From NCBI GenBank assembly GCA_965262465.1, contig OZ253535.1:3573704-3637703 (forward strand): DNA of 64,000 nucleotides, given 5' to 3'. Under the pieces are notes generated by a model. It saw only the letters and a program-made list of their open reading frames with translations, searched no databases and was not told the origin of the DNA. Every line of letters starts with the position of its first letter. Within the stretch, counting starts at the first letter, position 1. Both the position numbers and the translations under genes were made by a program. Source of the stretch: an uncultured Pseudohongiella sp. Its GTDB lineage: Bacteria > Pseudomonadota > Gammaproteobacteria > Pseudomonadales > Pseudohongiellaceae. Of the stretch, positions 21,775-31,295 are shown piece by piece.

Positions 21775-22983
21775 CTATGCAGCGTGCCCTTGCTGCTTGT
21801 CTTTTAGAGAGCTAGCAATTAGTTGCAACATGGTGCGTGCAACCGAGCTCTTGTTACCTTCAGGAATTGATTGTTCTGAACTTGCAGTGATTGCAGTGAC
21901 TGCTATGTTCTCGCTATTAAAAGTACTGGTGGCGTGATTAGCAAAGAGCAGGTCCAAATTTTTCTTCACCAGCTTCTCTTTGCCATTATCAGTTACGTTT
22001 TCAGTTTCCGCGGCGAACCCGACCACCATTGGGCGTGGAGTCGACTTTGACACTTCACTAATAATGTCTGGATTTTTTACGAGCTCAATCTGCATCGAAT
22101 CATCTTTCTTCTTTATCTTCTCTTGAGCTTCATTCTTTGGCCGGTAATCAGCAACAGCAGCTACACCTATAAACACGTCCGCATCAGTGATTTCACCTTT
22201 AACTGCATCGAGCATTTCCAGGGCAGTTACCACATCGATTCGATTGATAGTTTCAGATGCGGTCAATGTCACCGGACCACTTACTAAAGTGACATTCGCC
22301 CCTGCACTGGCCGCTTCCTCGGCGAGAGCGAAAGCCATCTTTCCGGAGCTGTGATTGCTAATAAAACGGACAGGGTCGATAGCTTCTCTTGTAGGCCCGC
22401 CGGTAATTACGATTTTTCGGCCCGCGAGAAATCCCGCTTCAAAAATGCTGGCGCAGTGTTCAGCGATTTCCTCCGGTTGAATCATGCGGCCTGGTCCGAC
22501 ATCGCCGCAGGCTTGTTCGCCGCTGTCAGGCCCCCAAATATAAATCCCTTTTTCACTCAGACTCTTGAGATTTTCCTGGGTGCTGAGATCAGCCCACATT
22601 GCTTGATTCATCGCTGGCGCAATTGCGATTGGAGAATTAGTTGCGAGGATAAGCGTCGATAACAAATCGCTAGCCTGGCCATGTTGCATGCGCGCAATAA
22701 AGTCCGCCGACGCTGGTGCCACCAATATCAAATCTGCCCAGCGGGCTAACTCAATATGACCCATGGCCGCTTCGGCTTCTGTATCCAGTAGGTCCAAATG
22801 CACTCGATTTCCGGAAAGCGCCTGCATCGTTAATGGAGTAATGAATTCCGTTGCAGCTTTCGTCATTGCCACACGGACCTCCGCACCGGCTTTAGTAAGC
22901 AGGCGCGTAAGTTCAGCACATTTATAGGCAGCGATACCGCCTGTGATGCCGAGCAGGATGCGTTTGTTAGTGAGGCTTAACAT
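21775..22983 (-). CDS. coaBC: bifunctional phosphopantothenoylcysteine decarboxylase / synthetase
   Basis: 402 aa with ILLGITGGIAAYK flavoprotein N-domain and ITGGPTREAIDPVRFISNHSSGKMAFALA CoaB domain. Confidence 0.95.
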   Translation of the reverse strand: MLSLTNKRILLGITGGIAAYKCAELTRLLTKAGAEVRVAMTKAATEFITPLTMQALSGNRVHLDLLDTEAEAAMGHIELARWADLILVAPASADFIARMQHGQASDLLSTLILATNSPIAIAPAMNQAMWADLSTQENLKSLSEKGIYIWGPDSGEQACGDVGPGRMIQPEEIAEHCASIFEAGFLAGRKIVITGGPTREAIDPVRFISNHSSGKMAFALAEEAASAGANVTLVSGPVTLTASETINRIDVVTALEMLDAVKGEITDADVFIGVAAVADYRPKNEAQEKIKKKDDSMQIELVKNPDIISEVSKSTPRPMVVGFAAETENVTDNGKEKLVKKNLDLLFANHATSTFNSENIAVTAITASSEQSIPEGNKSSVARTMLQLIASSLKDKQQGHAA

Positions 22984-23136
22984 GGAATCCCCTATAAAAT
23001 GGGCAGGTCAGAGCCTAGGGAGCAAGGAGGGCTAGACTAGCAGGATGCTCAAATGGACGCAATTTGGTGGTTTTTAAGGCCTTTGCAGGATCTGGACTAT
23101 GCTTGAAGTGTTCAATCCCAACGATTCACTTTTGCA

Positions 23137-23811
23137 ATGACGATTATTCAATGGCCTGCCGGAGAGCGGCCAAGAGAGAAATTGTTAAATCATGGTGCCG
23201 CGCGACTCTCGAATGCGGAGTTGCTAGCGATCATTTTGAATACCGGCTGTCGAGGTAAATCCGCCTTGCAGTTGAGCCGGGAGCTTTTAGTGGAATTTGG
23301 CAGCATCGGTGAATTGCTGAGTGCACAGCGAGAAGTACTATGCAGCCGAGTTGGTCTCGGATCAGCCAAGGCCGCGCGTTTACAGGCGGTACACGAACTA
23401 GCCCAACGCCTGGCCCAAGAAGAAATGCAGCTAGGCGAGGTGCTTTCCAGTTCTGCTGCCACCCGCAAATTCCTTTTGCATAAATATAGGCACACCGAGC
23501 ATGAAGTATTCAGTGTGGTGTTTTTGAATAATCAGCATCATATTGTCAAATTTGAAGAAATGTTCCATGGCACCATTGATGGCGCCAGTGTTTATCCGCG
23601 GGAAGTGGTCAAGCGATGTCTGCGTTACAACGCTGCAGCCACCATATTCGCTCATAATCACCCGTCTGGAGTAACGGAGCCCAGTGCCCAGGACATCGCT
23701 ATTACCCAACAATTACAGCGAGCTCTCGAGACGGTTGAAGTGCGGGTTCTCGATCACCTTATTGTTGGCGCGAACGAAGTGATCTCCATGGCTGAGCAGG
23801 GCCTCATATAG
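23137..23811 (+). CDS. radC: RadC family (JAB/MPN domain) protein
   Basis: RPREKLLNHGAARLSNAELLAIIL and the JAMM motif FAHNHPSG. Confidence 0.9.
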   Translation: MTIIQWPAGERPREKLLNHGAARLSNAELLAIILNTGCRGKSALQLSRELLVEFGSIGELLSAQREVLCSRVGLGSAKAARLQAVHELAQRLAQEEMQLGEVLSSSAATRKFLLHKYRHTEHEVFSVVFLNNQHHIVKFEEMFHGTIDGASVYPREVVKRCLRYNAAATIFAHNHPSGVTEPSAQDIAITQQLQRALETVEVRVLDHLIVGANEVISMAEQGLI

Positions 23812-23866
23812 CCCAAAAATAGGGCTTTTGCGGGGATCAGAAAACACTCTTCAAGCAGCTGATTTC

Positions 23867-23895
23867 TTGCTATCCCGAGGACGTTCTGGTATAAA
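23867..23895 (+). promoter_or_regulatory. candidate sigma70 promoter for rpmB-rpmG
   Basis: TTGCTA (23867-23872), 17-nt spacer, TATAAA (23890-23895), about 120 nt upstream of rpmB. Pattern match only. Confidence 0.3.
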
Positions 23896-24013
23896 ACGCA
23901 GCTCTTTTTTGCCGGCCAAAATTCAGTCTGATCGGTACGGCAAATCAAGCAACAGAATTTTGAAAACTGAATGCTACTTTTCAGCTAGTTAAGTAGCTAT
24001 GTGAGGCACTGAC

Positions 24014-24250
24014 ATGTCTAGGGTATGTATGGTTACAGGCAAGAAGCCAGTAACTGGAAATAACGTATCACACGCGCACAACAAGACTCGGCGTCGATTT
24101 TCGCCGAATCTTCACACTCACCGATTTTGGGTCGAGTCCGAAAAGCGCTTTGTGAAACTGCGTGTATCCACTAAAGGAATGCGCATCATCGATAAGCTAG
24201 GAATTGATAGCGTTCTGGCTGATGTTCGTAAGCGAGGTCACCAGGTTTAA
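24014..24250 (+). CDS. rpmB: 50S ribosomal protein L28
   Basis: [33 protein letters not shown]. Confidence 0.97.
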   Translation: MSRVCMVTGKKPVTGNNVSHAHNKTRRRFSPNLHTHRFWVESEKRFVKLRVSTKGMRIIDKLGIDSVLADVRKRGHQV

Positions 24251-24282
24251 CCTGGCGGCATTCCGATAAGAGGGGATTGCAA

Positions 24283-24438
24283 ATGAGAGATAAGATTAAA
24301 TTAGTTTCTAGTGCGAACACTGGACACTACTACACTACAGACAAGAACAAGCGCACAATGCCAGACAAAATGGAGATCAAAAAGTATGATCCTGTTGTGC
24401 GTAAGCATGTGATTTACAAAGAGTCGAAGATTAAGTAA
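24283..24438 (+). CDS. rpmG: 50S ribosomal protein L33
   Basis: Not in the ORF track because it is under 60 aa. My translation is [51 protein letters not shown] (51 aa), which is canonical L33, directly after rpmB. Confidence 0.95.
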   Translation: MRDKIKLVSSANTGHYYTTDKNKRTMPDKMEIKKYDPVVRKHVIYKESKIK

Positions 24439-24460
24439 CTCGTAAATTCACAAGACATAC

Positions 24461-24488
24461 AAAAAAGCCGGCTATAGCCGGCTTTTTT
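24461..24488. terminator. bidirectional rho-independent terminator
   Basis: AAAAAAGCCGGC-tata-GCCGGCTTTTTT is a perfectly symmetric hairpin with an A-tract and a T-tract. It lies between the convergent rpmG and the Y1-transposase-like gene. Confidence 0.8.
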
Positions 24489-24533
24489 ATTTCTATCAAA
24501 TTCCTTGGGAACCAAGGCTAAACTTGTTCGGCG

Positions 24534-25502
24534 CTATTTTCCCTTACTCAAACGCTTAGCTAATCTCTCCACTGTCGCTTGCAACTTCGGATCATCATCA
24601 AACTCCGCCTTGAGTTTACCAACTGTAGTTGAGACTGTGCCGTAGCGCTTCAACTTAAACAGTTTGGCGATCGCCTGTAGTGTCACTGCAGACAACTCCT
24701 GGCAAAGATACATCGCTACCCAACGTGGGACATTTTTCGAACCGGGTCCTCGAGCAGCGTTATAAATACTGGATTCAGTGACTTTAAACTGTTTCGCAAC
24801 CGCAGAAATAATCTGTTTGCAAGATGGTCTCCACTTGGCATTAGCCCCTCGCGACACTCCCCGTGCTGCAGAAGCAGATCGTTTTCGTTGCGCAGCTTTT
24901 TTGAACTTCGCGTCTCCCATAATGGAGGAGAGGTTTTTCTTGCCATAAAAATGTGCAAGCTCGTCATCAACTCCCTCTCCAACATACTTTTTGTAAGCGG
25001 TCGCGCGTTTAGCCGCGGCTACACGCAACTGCCGCAAGCTGTCATCCCGATTAAACCAGGAAGGAGGGGCAGCTTTGCGGGTATAGAGCGGGAAACTACT
25101 ATATTTATAGGTGTTTCTGTCCGCTGCTTTGACCTTGCAATGGATATAACGAGACAGCGGCAGCAAGTAATTTTCAGCCTGGATTAATACAGCTTTATAG
25201 CGACCGCGAAATAGAGAGCCGTCAGACGCCTTCATGCGCTGATAGTTTTGCGTATACAAACCATCAACCTGACGCATAAATCGGCTTAGATTGCCTTCAG
25301 GTGTTTTTACAACCAGATGATACTGGTCTCTCAGTAAACAAAATGCATGAACCTCTACGTTTAACCGTGAACATGTTTCTGCAAGGCCTTCCATAAACGC
25401 ATCAAAGTATTTAGCAGAAGGAAATGCACGTTGGTTATCAAGCGCGTAATTCGAAACATGATAGACGGCATCTGGATATTCAATTCGTAGAGGTCTGGCC
25501 AT
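24534..25502 (-). CDS. IS200/RayT-like Y1 transposase-fold domain fused to a DnaA domain IV-like HTH (probably a domesticated DNA-binding protein)
   Basis: The N-terminus (MARPLRIEYPDAVYHVSN...VEVHAFCLLRDQYHLVVKTPEG...FRGRYKAVLI...LSRYIH) follows the REP-associated tyrosine transposase pattern. The C-terminus (QIISAVAKQFKVTESSIYNAARGPGSKNVPRWVAMYLCQELSAVTLQAIAKLFKLKRYGTVSTTVGKL) follows DnaA domain IV (ARQIAMYL...SLP.IG..FG.RDHTTV). Confidence 0.7.
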   Translation of the reverse strand: MARPLRIEYPDAVYHVSNYALDNQRAFPSAKYFDAFMEGLAETCSRLNVEVHAFCLLRDQYHLVVKTPEGNLSRFMRQVDGLYTQNYQRMKASDGSLFRGRYKAVLIQAENYLLPLSRYIHCKVKAADRNTYKYSSFPLYTRKAAPPSWFNRDDSLRQLRVAAAKRATAYKKYVGEGVDDELAHFYGKKNLSSIMGDAKFKKAAQRKRSASAARGVSRGANAKWRPSCKQIISAVAKQFKVTESSIYNAARGPGSKNVPRWVAMYLCQELSAVTLQAIAKLFKLKRYGTVSTTVGKLKAEFDDDPKLQATVERLAKRLSKGK

Positions 25503-25724
25503 AGCTGTTCTCGCTATTGAAGTCTAATGTAAAAAAGTTAGAGCTGACCCTATATGGATCAGGCGTATAACTATCGTAATTGCCTACACCCGTCAACAGA
25601 ATAGAAAACGAACCGAGTATATGTGAACAAAAAAGGAATGTGTCACTGCAATTGCAATATCAAAATGCGTGTTAAGGGAATGCCAATTAAAGCGACATCA
25701 GACCCCTTTTACGAAATCTGATTT

Positions 25725-26720
25725 TTATTCAGGCTTTTCGCAGATAACGACAACCCGATTTGGAGCGGGGTAACCTTCAATGGTTAAGGAGGGGTCCGAT
25801 TCACTTAGAGCATTTTCCAGGGAATCGAATGGCATCCATTCAGTGCGGCGCTGTTCCGCCAAAGTTGTTGCTGTCTCATCCACTACCCGGACTTCTTGAA
25901 ATCCGCATTTCTCAAGCCAGCTGCAAAGAGTCGGGATGGAGGGGAGAAACCACACGTTGCTCATTCGAGCATAGCGATCATTCGGCACTAAACTGTAACC
26001 CGCTTCCCCATCCACAATAATTGATTCCATTACCAGCTGGCCCCCTGGTTTCAAGCAGGACTTCAGTTGCAGCAAATGGTCCAGTGGCGAGCGGCGATGA
26101 TAGATAACCCCCATCGAAAACACGGTATCGAACTGCGGGAGTGGCAGAGGCATTTTCTCCAGGGTCAGCGGCATCACATAGGCGGATAGGTCTGGCGCGA
26201 AATGCTTAATAGCAGAGAACTGGGCGTAATAAGGGATGTGAGGTTCCAAACCGATTACTAATTCTGCGCCGGCTTCCAGCATCCGGAGACTGTAGTAGCC
26301 ATTGCCGCTTCCCACATCCAATACGACTTTACCTGTCAGTGGAGAAATATGTTCGGCAAGCCGGGACCACTTCAGCTGGGACTGCCATTCCGTGTCTATT
26401 TCTATATCGAACAGTGTGAAAGGTCCTTTGCGCCATGGGATTAACTCTCTCAAGGCTGCTTCGATCACTTTGTGCGTAGCCTGATCACAATCCGATGTCG
26501 CTCCAATTTCTATCGTTTCCCCAAGCTTTACTGATGAGGGCGACACGCTAGGTAGGTTCGCGACTAACTCTTGCCATCTATGGTGATCGCCATAGCGAAT
26601 TGCTTGCAGAAACTCTTGCTGCAGGAAAGGCAGGAGTGCATCCAACGGGGTGTCGGCTATTCGTTGAATGAGGGATTGAAATTGCACTTGGACTCGCTCC
26701 GAAAAACTACTTAATGGCAA
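25725..26720 (-). CDS. cmoB: tRNA U34 carboxymethyltransferase
   Basis: 331 aa with ...LIPWRKGPF...IDTEWQS..KW.R... and the SAM motif VLDVGSGNGYY. Overlaps cmoA by 14 nt. Confidence 0.93.
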   Translation of the reverse strand: MPLSSFSERVQVQFQSLIQRIADTPLDALLPFLQQEFLQAIRYGDHHRWQELVANLPSVSPSSVKLGETIEIGATSDCDQATHKVIEAALRELIPWRKGPFTLFDIEIDTEWQSQLKWSRLAEHISPLTGKVVLDVGSGNGYYSLRMLEAGAELVIGLEPHIPYYAQFSAIKHFAPDLSAYVMPLTLEKMPLPLPQFDTVFSMGVIYHRRSPLDHLLQLKSCLKPGGQLVMESIIVDGEAGYSLVPNDRYARMSNVWFLPSIPTLCSWLEKCGFQEVRVVDETATTLAEQRRTEWMPFDSLENALSESDPSLTIEGYPAPNRVVVICEKPE

Positions 26721-27441
26721 TCATCGAGGCGAAGTTGAAACATTGAAACCACACATCAGAGGTCCTGAACCCACTGGTTGCCAAGCGCTGCCGATGTGCA
26801 TCAAGAGATTCAGGCACCAAGACATTTTCTAATGCTGTACGCTTTTGACTAATTTCCAGCTTGCTGTATCCCATGGATTCTTTGAAATTATGGTAGAGGT
26901 CGATCATCAACTCATTTAGTTCTGCATCAGGCAGAATGATCTTTTCTGAAATTACCAAAATTCCGCCCCGCTTTAGTCCGTTGCATATTTTGTCCATAAG
27001 CTGCTGACGTTGCTCCAGTGCCACAAATTGGAGCGTAAAATTGAGTACAACTACCGACGCATTTTGAATGTCGGACTGCAAAATATCTTCACAGCGACAC
27101 GCTATTTTTAGGTCAGAATCTTCGACCAGGCGTTGCTCGAGCCGCTCGATCATGGCTTCTGAGTTGTCTAGCGCTTGAATTGAATAACTCTTATCGCCTA
27201 ACTGTTTTGCCATGGCGTAACTAGCTCCTCCAAGACTGCAACCCAGATCATATATCTCAGTGCCTTCCTGAAAATAGCGCTCTGCTAGTACCCCTATCAT
27301 GGTAAGGATTGTGCGGTAGCCGGGAATGGAACGATTTACCATGTCGTCGAACACTGCCGCGACCTTATCGTCAAACACAAAGTCGCTCGGGCTCATTTCT
27401 TCGGCAAAAATTTTATCTTTATGTTGGTTGTCTTCTGACAT
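26707..27441 (-). CDS. cmoA: carboxy-S-adenosyl-L-methionine synthase
   Basis: FVFDDKVAAVFDDMVNRSIPGYRTIL...IYDLGCSLGG...LNFTLQFV. Confidence 0.93.
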   Translation of the reverse strand: MSEDNQHKDKIFAEEMSPSDFVFDDKVAAVFDDMVNRSIPGYRTILTMIGVLAERYFQEGTEIYDLGCSLGGASYAMAKQLGDKSYSIQALDNSEAMIERLEQRLVEDSDLKIACRCEDILQSDIQNASVVVLNFTLQFVALEQRQQLMDKICNGLKRGGILVISEKIILPDAELNELMIDLYHNFKESMGYSKLEISQKRTALENVLVPESLDAHRQRLATSGFRTSDVWFQCFNFASMIAIK

Positions 27442-27570
27442 CGTTACGCGTTTTGAGTTGAGGATTAACTAATTTTCAAGTCCCACCAAAATTTATTGTG
27501 TGAAAGCAAAGTTTCACTTATTTTACGCATTGCTCTGAGTGCAACTCGAAAGCGCATTATCCGATTATCC

Positions 27571-28134
27571 ATGTCACATTCAAACGCCAGCGTTGCAACG
27601 CTAGTGGCAGAGAATTTTACGCTACTAAAAGACATGGATATCAGCAATGGTGTACTGGATCTTGCAAGTGGCAATGGCCGAAACGGATTGTTCTTAGTTG
27701 AACATCATATTCCAGTCATATTTGCCGACAATAATGAGGCTGCGCTGGAAGCGGTCAATGTAGCCTTGTCAGAACTCGGCACCCAGGGCGAATTGGGAAC
27801 AACGTGGTTAGTTGATTTGGAGGCGGTTGGTGAACAGCCGCTCGCAAACAAACAGTTTGATGGAATCTTAGTATTCAACTACCTACATAGACCGCTATTT
27901 AGCAGCATTAGAAAAGCCGTAACGCCAGGTGGTCTGGTGTTTTATGAAACTTTTACTGAGGACCAGCGCCAATTTGGGCGACCAACAAATCCTGACTTCT
28001 TGCTGAAGAAACAAGAGTTATATGAAGCATTTCAGGATTGGCAGGTCTTGCACTACTTTGAAGGGGAAGTGACGAACTCCTCAAATTCAACCAAGGCAGT
28101 GGCAAGTCTGATAGCGAGAAAACCGGAAGCATAA
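27571..28134 (+). CDS. class I SAM-dependent methyltransferase (TehB-like)
   Basis: SAM motif I VLDLASGNGRNGLFL and post-I DGILVFNYLHRPLF. ATG at 27571 was preferred over the longer GTG-initiated track ORF. Confidence 0.7.
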   Translation: MSHSNASVATLVAENFTLLKDMDISNGVLDLASGNGRNGLFLVEHHIPVIFADNNEAALEAVNVALSELGTQGELGTTWLVDLEAVGEQPLANKQFDGILVFNYLHRPLFSSIRKAVTPGGLVFYETFTEDQRQFGRPTNPDFLLKKQELYEAFQDWQVLHYFEGEVTNSSNSTKAVASLIARKPEA

Positions 28135-28145
28135 ATTAAAGCAAC

Positions 28146-28877
28146 ATGGCGAAATCGAAAGTATTACCTTTGAATATCGGTGTGATCGGGAAACAACATG
28201 TTCTCCCGTACAGCTGTGATATTCAGCGTACCAAACGCAAAACGTTGGCCCTCTACATCCAGCATCGCAAAGTAATCGTGCGTTGCCCGCTCAGGGCATC
28301 AAAGCGCGAGGTGCATGAGTTTGTAACCAGTAATCGCGAATGGATCGAGGAGCGGTTACTCGAAGAAGCGCAGCGCGAGCGCGAAATGTTGCGAATAGAG
28401 CGCGGCGCGAAAATATTTTATCGTGCTCGAGAGCTCACAATTGTGTTTCGAGAAGGCCGCAAGAAGCGCATTCTAATTAGCGGCGACCAGTTCATCATTC
28501 AGGGCCACAAGCTCAATCCCGCCAAGGCCCGCGAGCAGGTTGAAGACTATCTTATTGATAAGGCCAGCGAGTACATCATTCCTCGTGCAAAAGGCCTGGC
28601 TCGCCATCTAGGGGTTGATCACAAGATAAAAGAAATAAAGCTACGGAAAACCAAATCAAAGTGGGGTCATTGCACGTCACAGGGTGTATTACAGTACAAC
28701 TGGCTGATCATGTTGGCGCCTTACAGCATCATCGACTACATGATCACTCATGAGGTCTGTCACCTGGTGCATATGGATCACTCACGCAGTTTCTGGAATC
28801 TGGTTCATTCCATCTGCCCAAGCTACGAATACTATGTGGATTGGCTAAAGGAACACGAACACCGATTCTGGTTTTAA
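28146..28877 (+). CDS. YgjP-like metal-dependent hydrolase (DUF45 / M48-related)
   Basis: C-terminal zincin motif ITHEVCHLVHMDHSRSFW and WGHCTSQGVLQYNWLIMLAP, typical of the YgjP family. Confidence 0.8.
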   Translation: MAKSKVLPLNIGVIGKQHVLPYSCDIQRTKRKTLALYIQHRKVIVRCPLRASKREVHEFVTSNREWIEERLLEEAQREREMLRIERGAKIFYRARELTIVFREGRKKRILISGDQFIIQGHKLNPAKAREQVEDYLIDKASEYIIPRAKGLARHLGVDHKIKEIKLRKTKSKWGHCTSQGVLQYNWLIMLAPYSIIDYMITHEVCHLVHMDHSRSFWNLVHSICPSYEYYVDWLKEHEHRFWF

Positions 28878-28894
28878 GCGCCGAGATCTGCGAC

Positions 28895-29596
28895 TTAAAC
28901 AATCTTGGTGTAGAGCAAATCCCACACACCATGACCTAATCGTTTACCACGCTGTTCGAACTTGGTGTTTGGGCGTGCTGGATTGTCCCAATAATTGTTT
29001 TTGCCGTTCGCATTTTCCAGCGAATCTTCGTTCTCTAACACTTCAACCATGTGTTCCGCGTAGGGCTGCCAATCGGTAGCGAGATGAATTTGACCGCCTC
29101 GACGTAAGCGACTGGTGAGTAGTGAGACGAAAGGGGGTTGGATAAGACGTCGTTTATTGTGGCGCTTCTTGTGCCAAGGGTCAGGGAAGAACACTAGAAT
29201 GCGATCAATTGATTCTGGCTCAAAACATTGTTGCAGCACCTCAACGGCGTCGTGACACATCAATTTGATGTTCGACAGAGAGTTGCGTTGAATGCCGTTG
29301 ATCAGTTTCCCGACCCCGGCTCGATGCACTTCAATCCCAAGAAAATTGTTTGCTTGTTGCTCGCGTGCCATCTCTAATAACGAATCACCCATGCCAAATC
29401 CTATCTCTACCGTGAGTGGTTGCTCACTGCTGAACACTGTTTGCCAATTTGTGAGAGCCGGCTCAAACGGCAATACATAATCATCCCAATAGGAATCAAT
29501 TGCCTTGCGCTGAGATTCAGTTAGTCGCCCAGAGCGAATAACGAAACTGCGTACCGGTCGTTTGGAATTGCCAGAATCAGGAGAGTTGTCAGACAT
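28895..29596 (-). CDS. trmB: tRNA (guanine46-N7)-methyltransferase
   Basis: RSFVIRSGRLTESQ...LTVEIGFGMGDSL...FFPDPWHKKRHNKRR. Start set at ATG 29596 (MSDNSPD...), since the upstream track extension overlaps ygdD. Confidence 0.9.
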   Translation of the reverse strand: MSDNSPDSGNSKRPVRSFVIRSGRLTESQRKAIDSYWDDYVLPFEPALTNWQTVFSSEQPLTVEIGFGMGDSLLEMAREQQANNFLGIEVHRAGVGKLINGIQRNSLSNIKLMCHDAVEVLQQCFEPESIDRILVFFPDPWHKKRHNKRRLIQPPFVSLLTSRLRRGGQIHLATDWQPYAEHMVEVLENEDSLENANGKNNYWDNPARPNTKFEQRGKRLGHGVWDLLYTKIV

Positions 29597-29598
29597 CG

Positions 29599-29982
29599 TT
29601 ATTGGTCTTGTGTTAAGCCCCAGGCAAACCATGCAATGTTGGCCCATCCAAACAGGAAGGCTAGACCACCGATTGGTGTGATCGCACCGAGCCAAGAAAT
29701 TCCGCTAAGACTCAAGACATATAGACTGCCAGAAAAGACGACGATACCCGCGATGAAACTGTAGCTACTCAATCGCAATGGCTTATTCTGCGGAAACCGC
29801 AGCATGAGAATCCCAACTCCTAATAAGGCCAAGGTATGTATGAAGTGATAATCAACACCAGTTTGAAATGTCGCTAATCGCTCGGGAGTTAAAACTGATT
29901 CCAACCCGTGAGCGCCAAAGGCACCGAGACTCACGGCAAGAAAACCGCTGATAGCAGCAATGACCAATGTAAGTCTTGTCAT
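29599..29982 (-). CDS. ygdD: DUF423 inner-membrane protein
   Basis: IAAISGFLAVSLGAFGAHGL...FSGSLYVLSL...ITPIGGLAFLFGWA is colinear with E. coli YgdD. Confidence 0.85.
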   Translation of the reverse strand: MTRLTLVIAAISGFLAVSLGAFGAHGLESVLTPERLATFQTGVDYHFIHTLALLGVGILMLRFPQNKPLRLSSYSFIAGIVVFSGSLYVLSLSGISWLGAITPIGGLAFLFGWANIAWFAWGLTQDQ

Positions 29983-30053
29983 AGAAGTTATCTGGAATGT
30001 TTACTCAGGCAGCAATAGCAGTTTGTGAATGTTAATTATCATATCGTAGATAC

Positions 30054-30080
30054 AAAAAAGCCGCGGGTTGCGCGGCTTTA
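30054..30080 (-). terminator. rho-independent terminator of rpoH
   Basis: GCCGCG-ggttg-CGCGGC stem extended by A/T pairs. On the minus strand it is followed by TTTTTTG. It lies 46 nt past the rpoH stop. Confidence 0.7.
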
Positions 30081-30125
30081 ATAATCAACATTGAAATGTG
30101 TTACTGGTTTTTGGTCTCAAGAAGA

Positions 30126-30986
30126 TCAGGCAGCCATCCTGGCTTTGATCTTATTCATTGCATTCTTTTCTAGCTGACGAATTCGTTCAGCAGAGACGCC
30201 GTACTTATCGGCTAGTTCATGTAACGTGGCCTTGTTGTCAGTTAACCAACGGCTACGCAAGATATCCTGGCTGCGCTCGTCTAACTCATTGAGTGCACCG
30301 TGCAGGCTGTTGTTTGTAACTTCTTCCCACTCAGCTTCTTCCAGACTTACAGCCACATCGGAGCTTTGGTCTTCGAGATAGTATGCTGGAGCGCGATAGG
30401 CATTCTCGTCATCACTATCTGGCTCTGCATCGAAAGACGTATCGTAGGAACTCATGCGACCTTCCATTTGTCGCACCACCTTCGCATCAACGCCGAGATC
30501 TTGTGCAACAGCTTCAGCTTCTTCGTTGTTCAACCAACCAAGCTTTTTCTTGGAGCTTCGCAGGTTAAAGAACAGTTTGCGCTGCGCCTTAGTCGTCGCA
30601 ATTTTCACAATGCGCCAATTGCGCAAAATGTACTCATGCATTTCTGCTTTGATCCAATGCACCGCAAAGGATACTAGTCGAACACCCACTTCAGGATTGA
30701 AACGCTTAACAGCCTTCATCAACCCGACATTACCTTCTTGGATCAGGTCAGCTTGAGATAGGCCATAACCGGAATAGGTTTTGGCCATGTGCACCACAAA
30801 TCGAAGGTGCGCCATGACCAATTGGCGGGCAGCGTCTACATCATCTTCATAGTAGTACTGCTTCGCCAATTCGAGTTCCTGCTCAGGCGTCAACACAGCA
30901 ATGCTGTTGACCGACGCAATATAAGCAGTCAAATCGCGACCCGGAGTGGTTGGGTCGATAACTTGTAAACTCTTGCCTGTGCTCAT
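30126..30986 (-). CDS. rpoH: RNA polymerase sigma-32 (heat-shock sigma factor)
   Basis: [83 protein letters not shown], including the RpoH box, is nearly identical to E. coli RpoH. Start set at ATG 30986 (MSTGKSL...) by alignment. Confidence 0.95.
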   Translation of the reverse strand: MSTGKSLQVIDPTTPGRDLTAYIASVNSIAVLTPEQELELAKQYYYEDDVDAARQLVMAHLRFVVHMAKTYSGYGLSQADLIQEGNVGLMKAVKRFNPEVGVRLVSFAVHWIKAEMHEYILRNWRIVKIATTKAQRKLFFNLRSSKKKLGWLNNEEAEAVAQDLGVDAKVVRQMEGRMSSYDTSFDAEPDSDDENAYRAPAYYLEDQSSDVAVSLEEAEWEEVTNNSLHGALNELDERSQDILRSRWLTDNKATLHELADKYGVSAERIRQLEKNAMNKIKARMAA

Positions 30987-31295
30987 TGAGTGTTCCGAAT
31001 TCCTTGGTGATCTTGAATTATTAGATACCATACATAGACCGTATTTTAGCATTTCTCGTTCCCTTGTGCCATCCGAGGTAAGCCGAAGGGCAGCTGCAGC
31101 GCTTGATTTCATTGGGCTACAGGGAATTTGAAGCGGTCTTAATCAGGGTTCTGCTAGTAATACGACAGATTACTTCAAACCGACTACTGTTAGTGGGGCT
31201 CAACCCCAGGGAATTCAAGGTCTGGCAGCAATATTTATTAATGGTGCCTGGGCGAAATTAACTTACCATCGATAAAATTCGCCAAATCGCGGGAA

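Noticed and set aside
24534-25502. Annotating the Y1-transposase-like gene as an active IS200/IS605 element or REP-mobilising RayT.
   Set aside because: It is a single copy in the window, has no TnpB partner and no recognisable terminal hairpin ends. The HUH and NPV-type motifs are degenerate, and a DnaA-type HTH is fused to it. It is therefore listed as a CDS rather than a mobile element.
30987-31112. N-terminal 42-aa extension of the rpoH ORF (track ORF starts at 31112).
   Set aside because: Alignment with E. coli RpoH places the start at MSTGKSL (ATG 30986). The extension has no counterpart in sigma-32 and would consume the promoter and 5' UTR region.
31113-31295. Sigma-E (RpoE/AlgU-type) promoter upstream of rpoH, as in E. 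coli rpoH P3.
   Set aside because: The best candidate on the minus strand is GAACCC-N14-TCAAA. The spacing is two short of the GAACTT-N16/17-TCTGA/TCAAA consensus and the -35 is imperfect, so it is not supportable without a matrix score.
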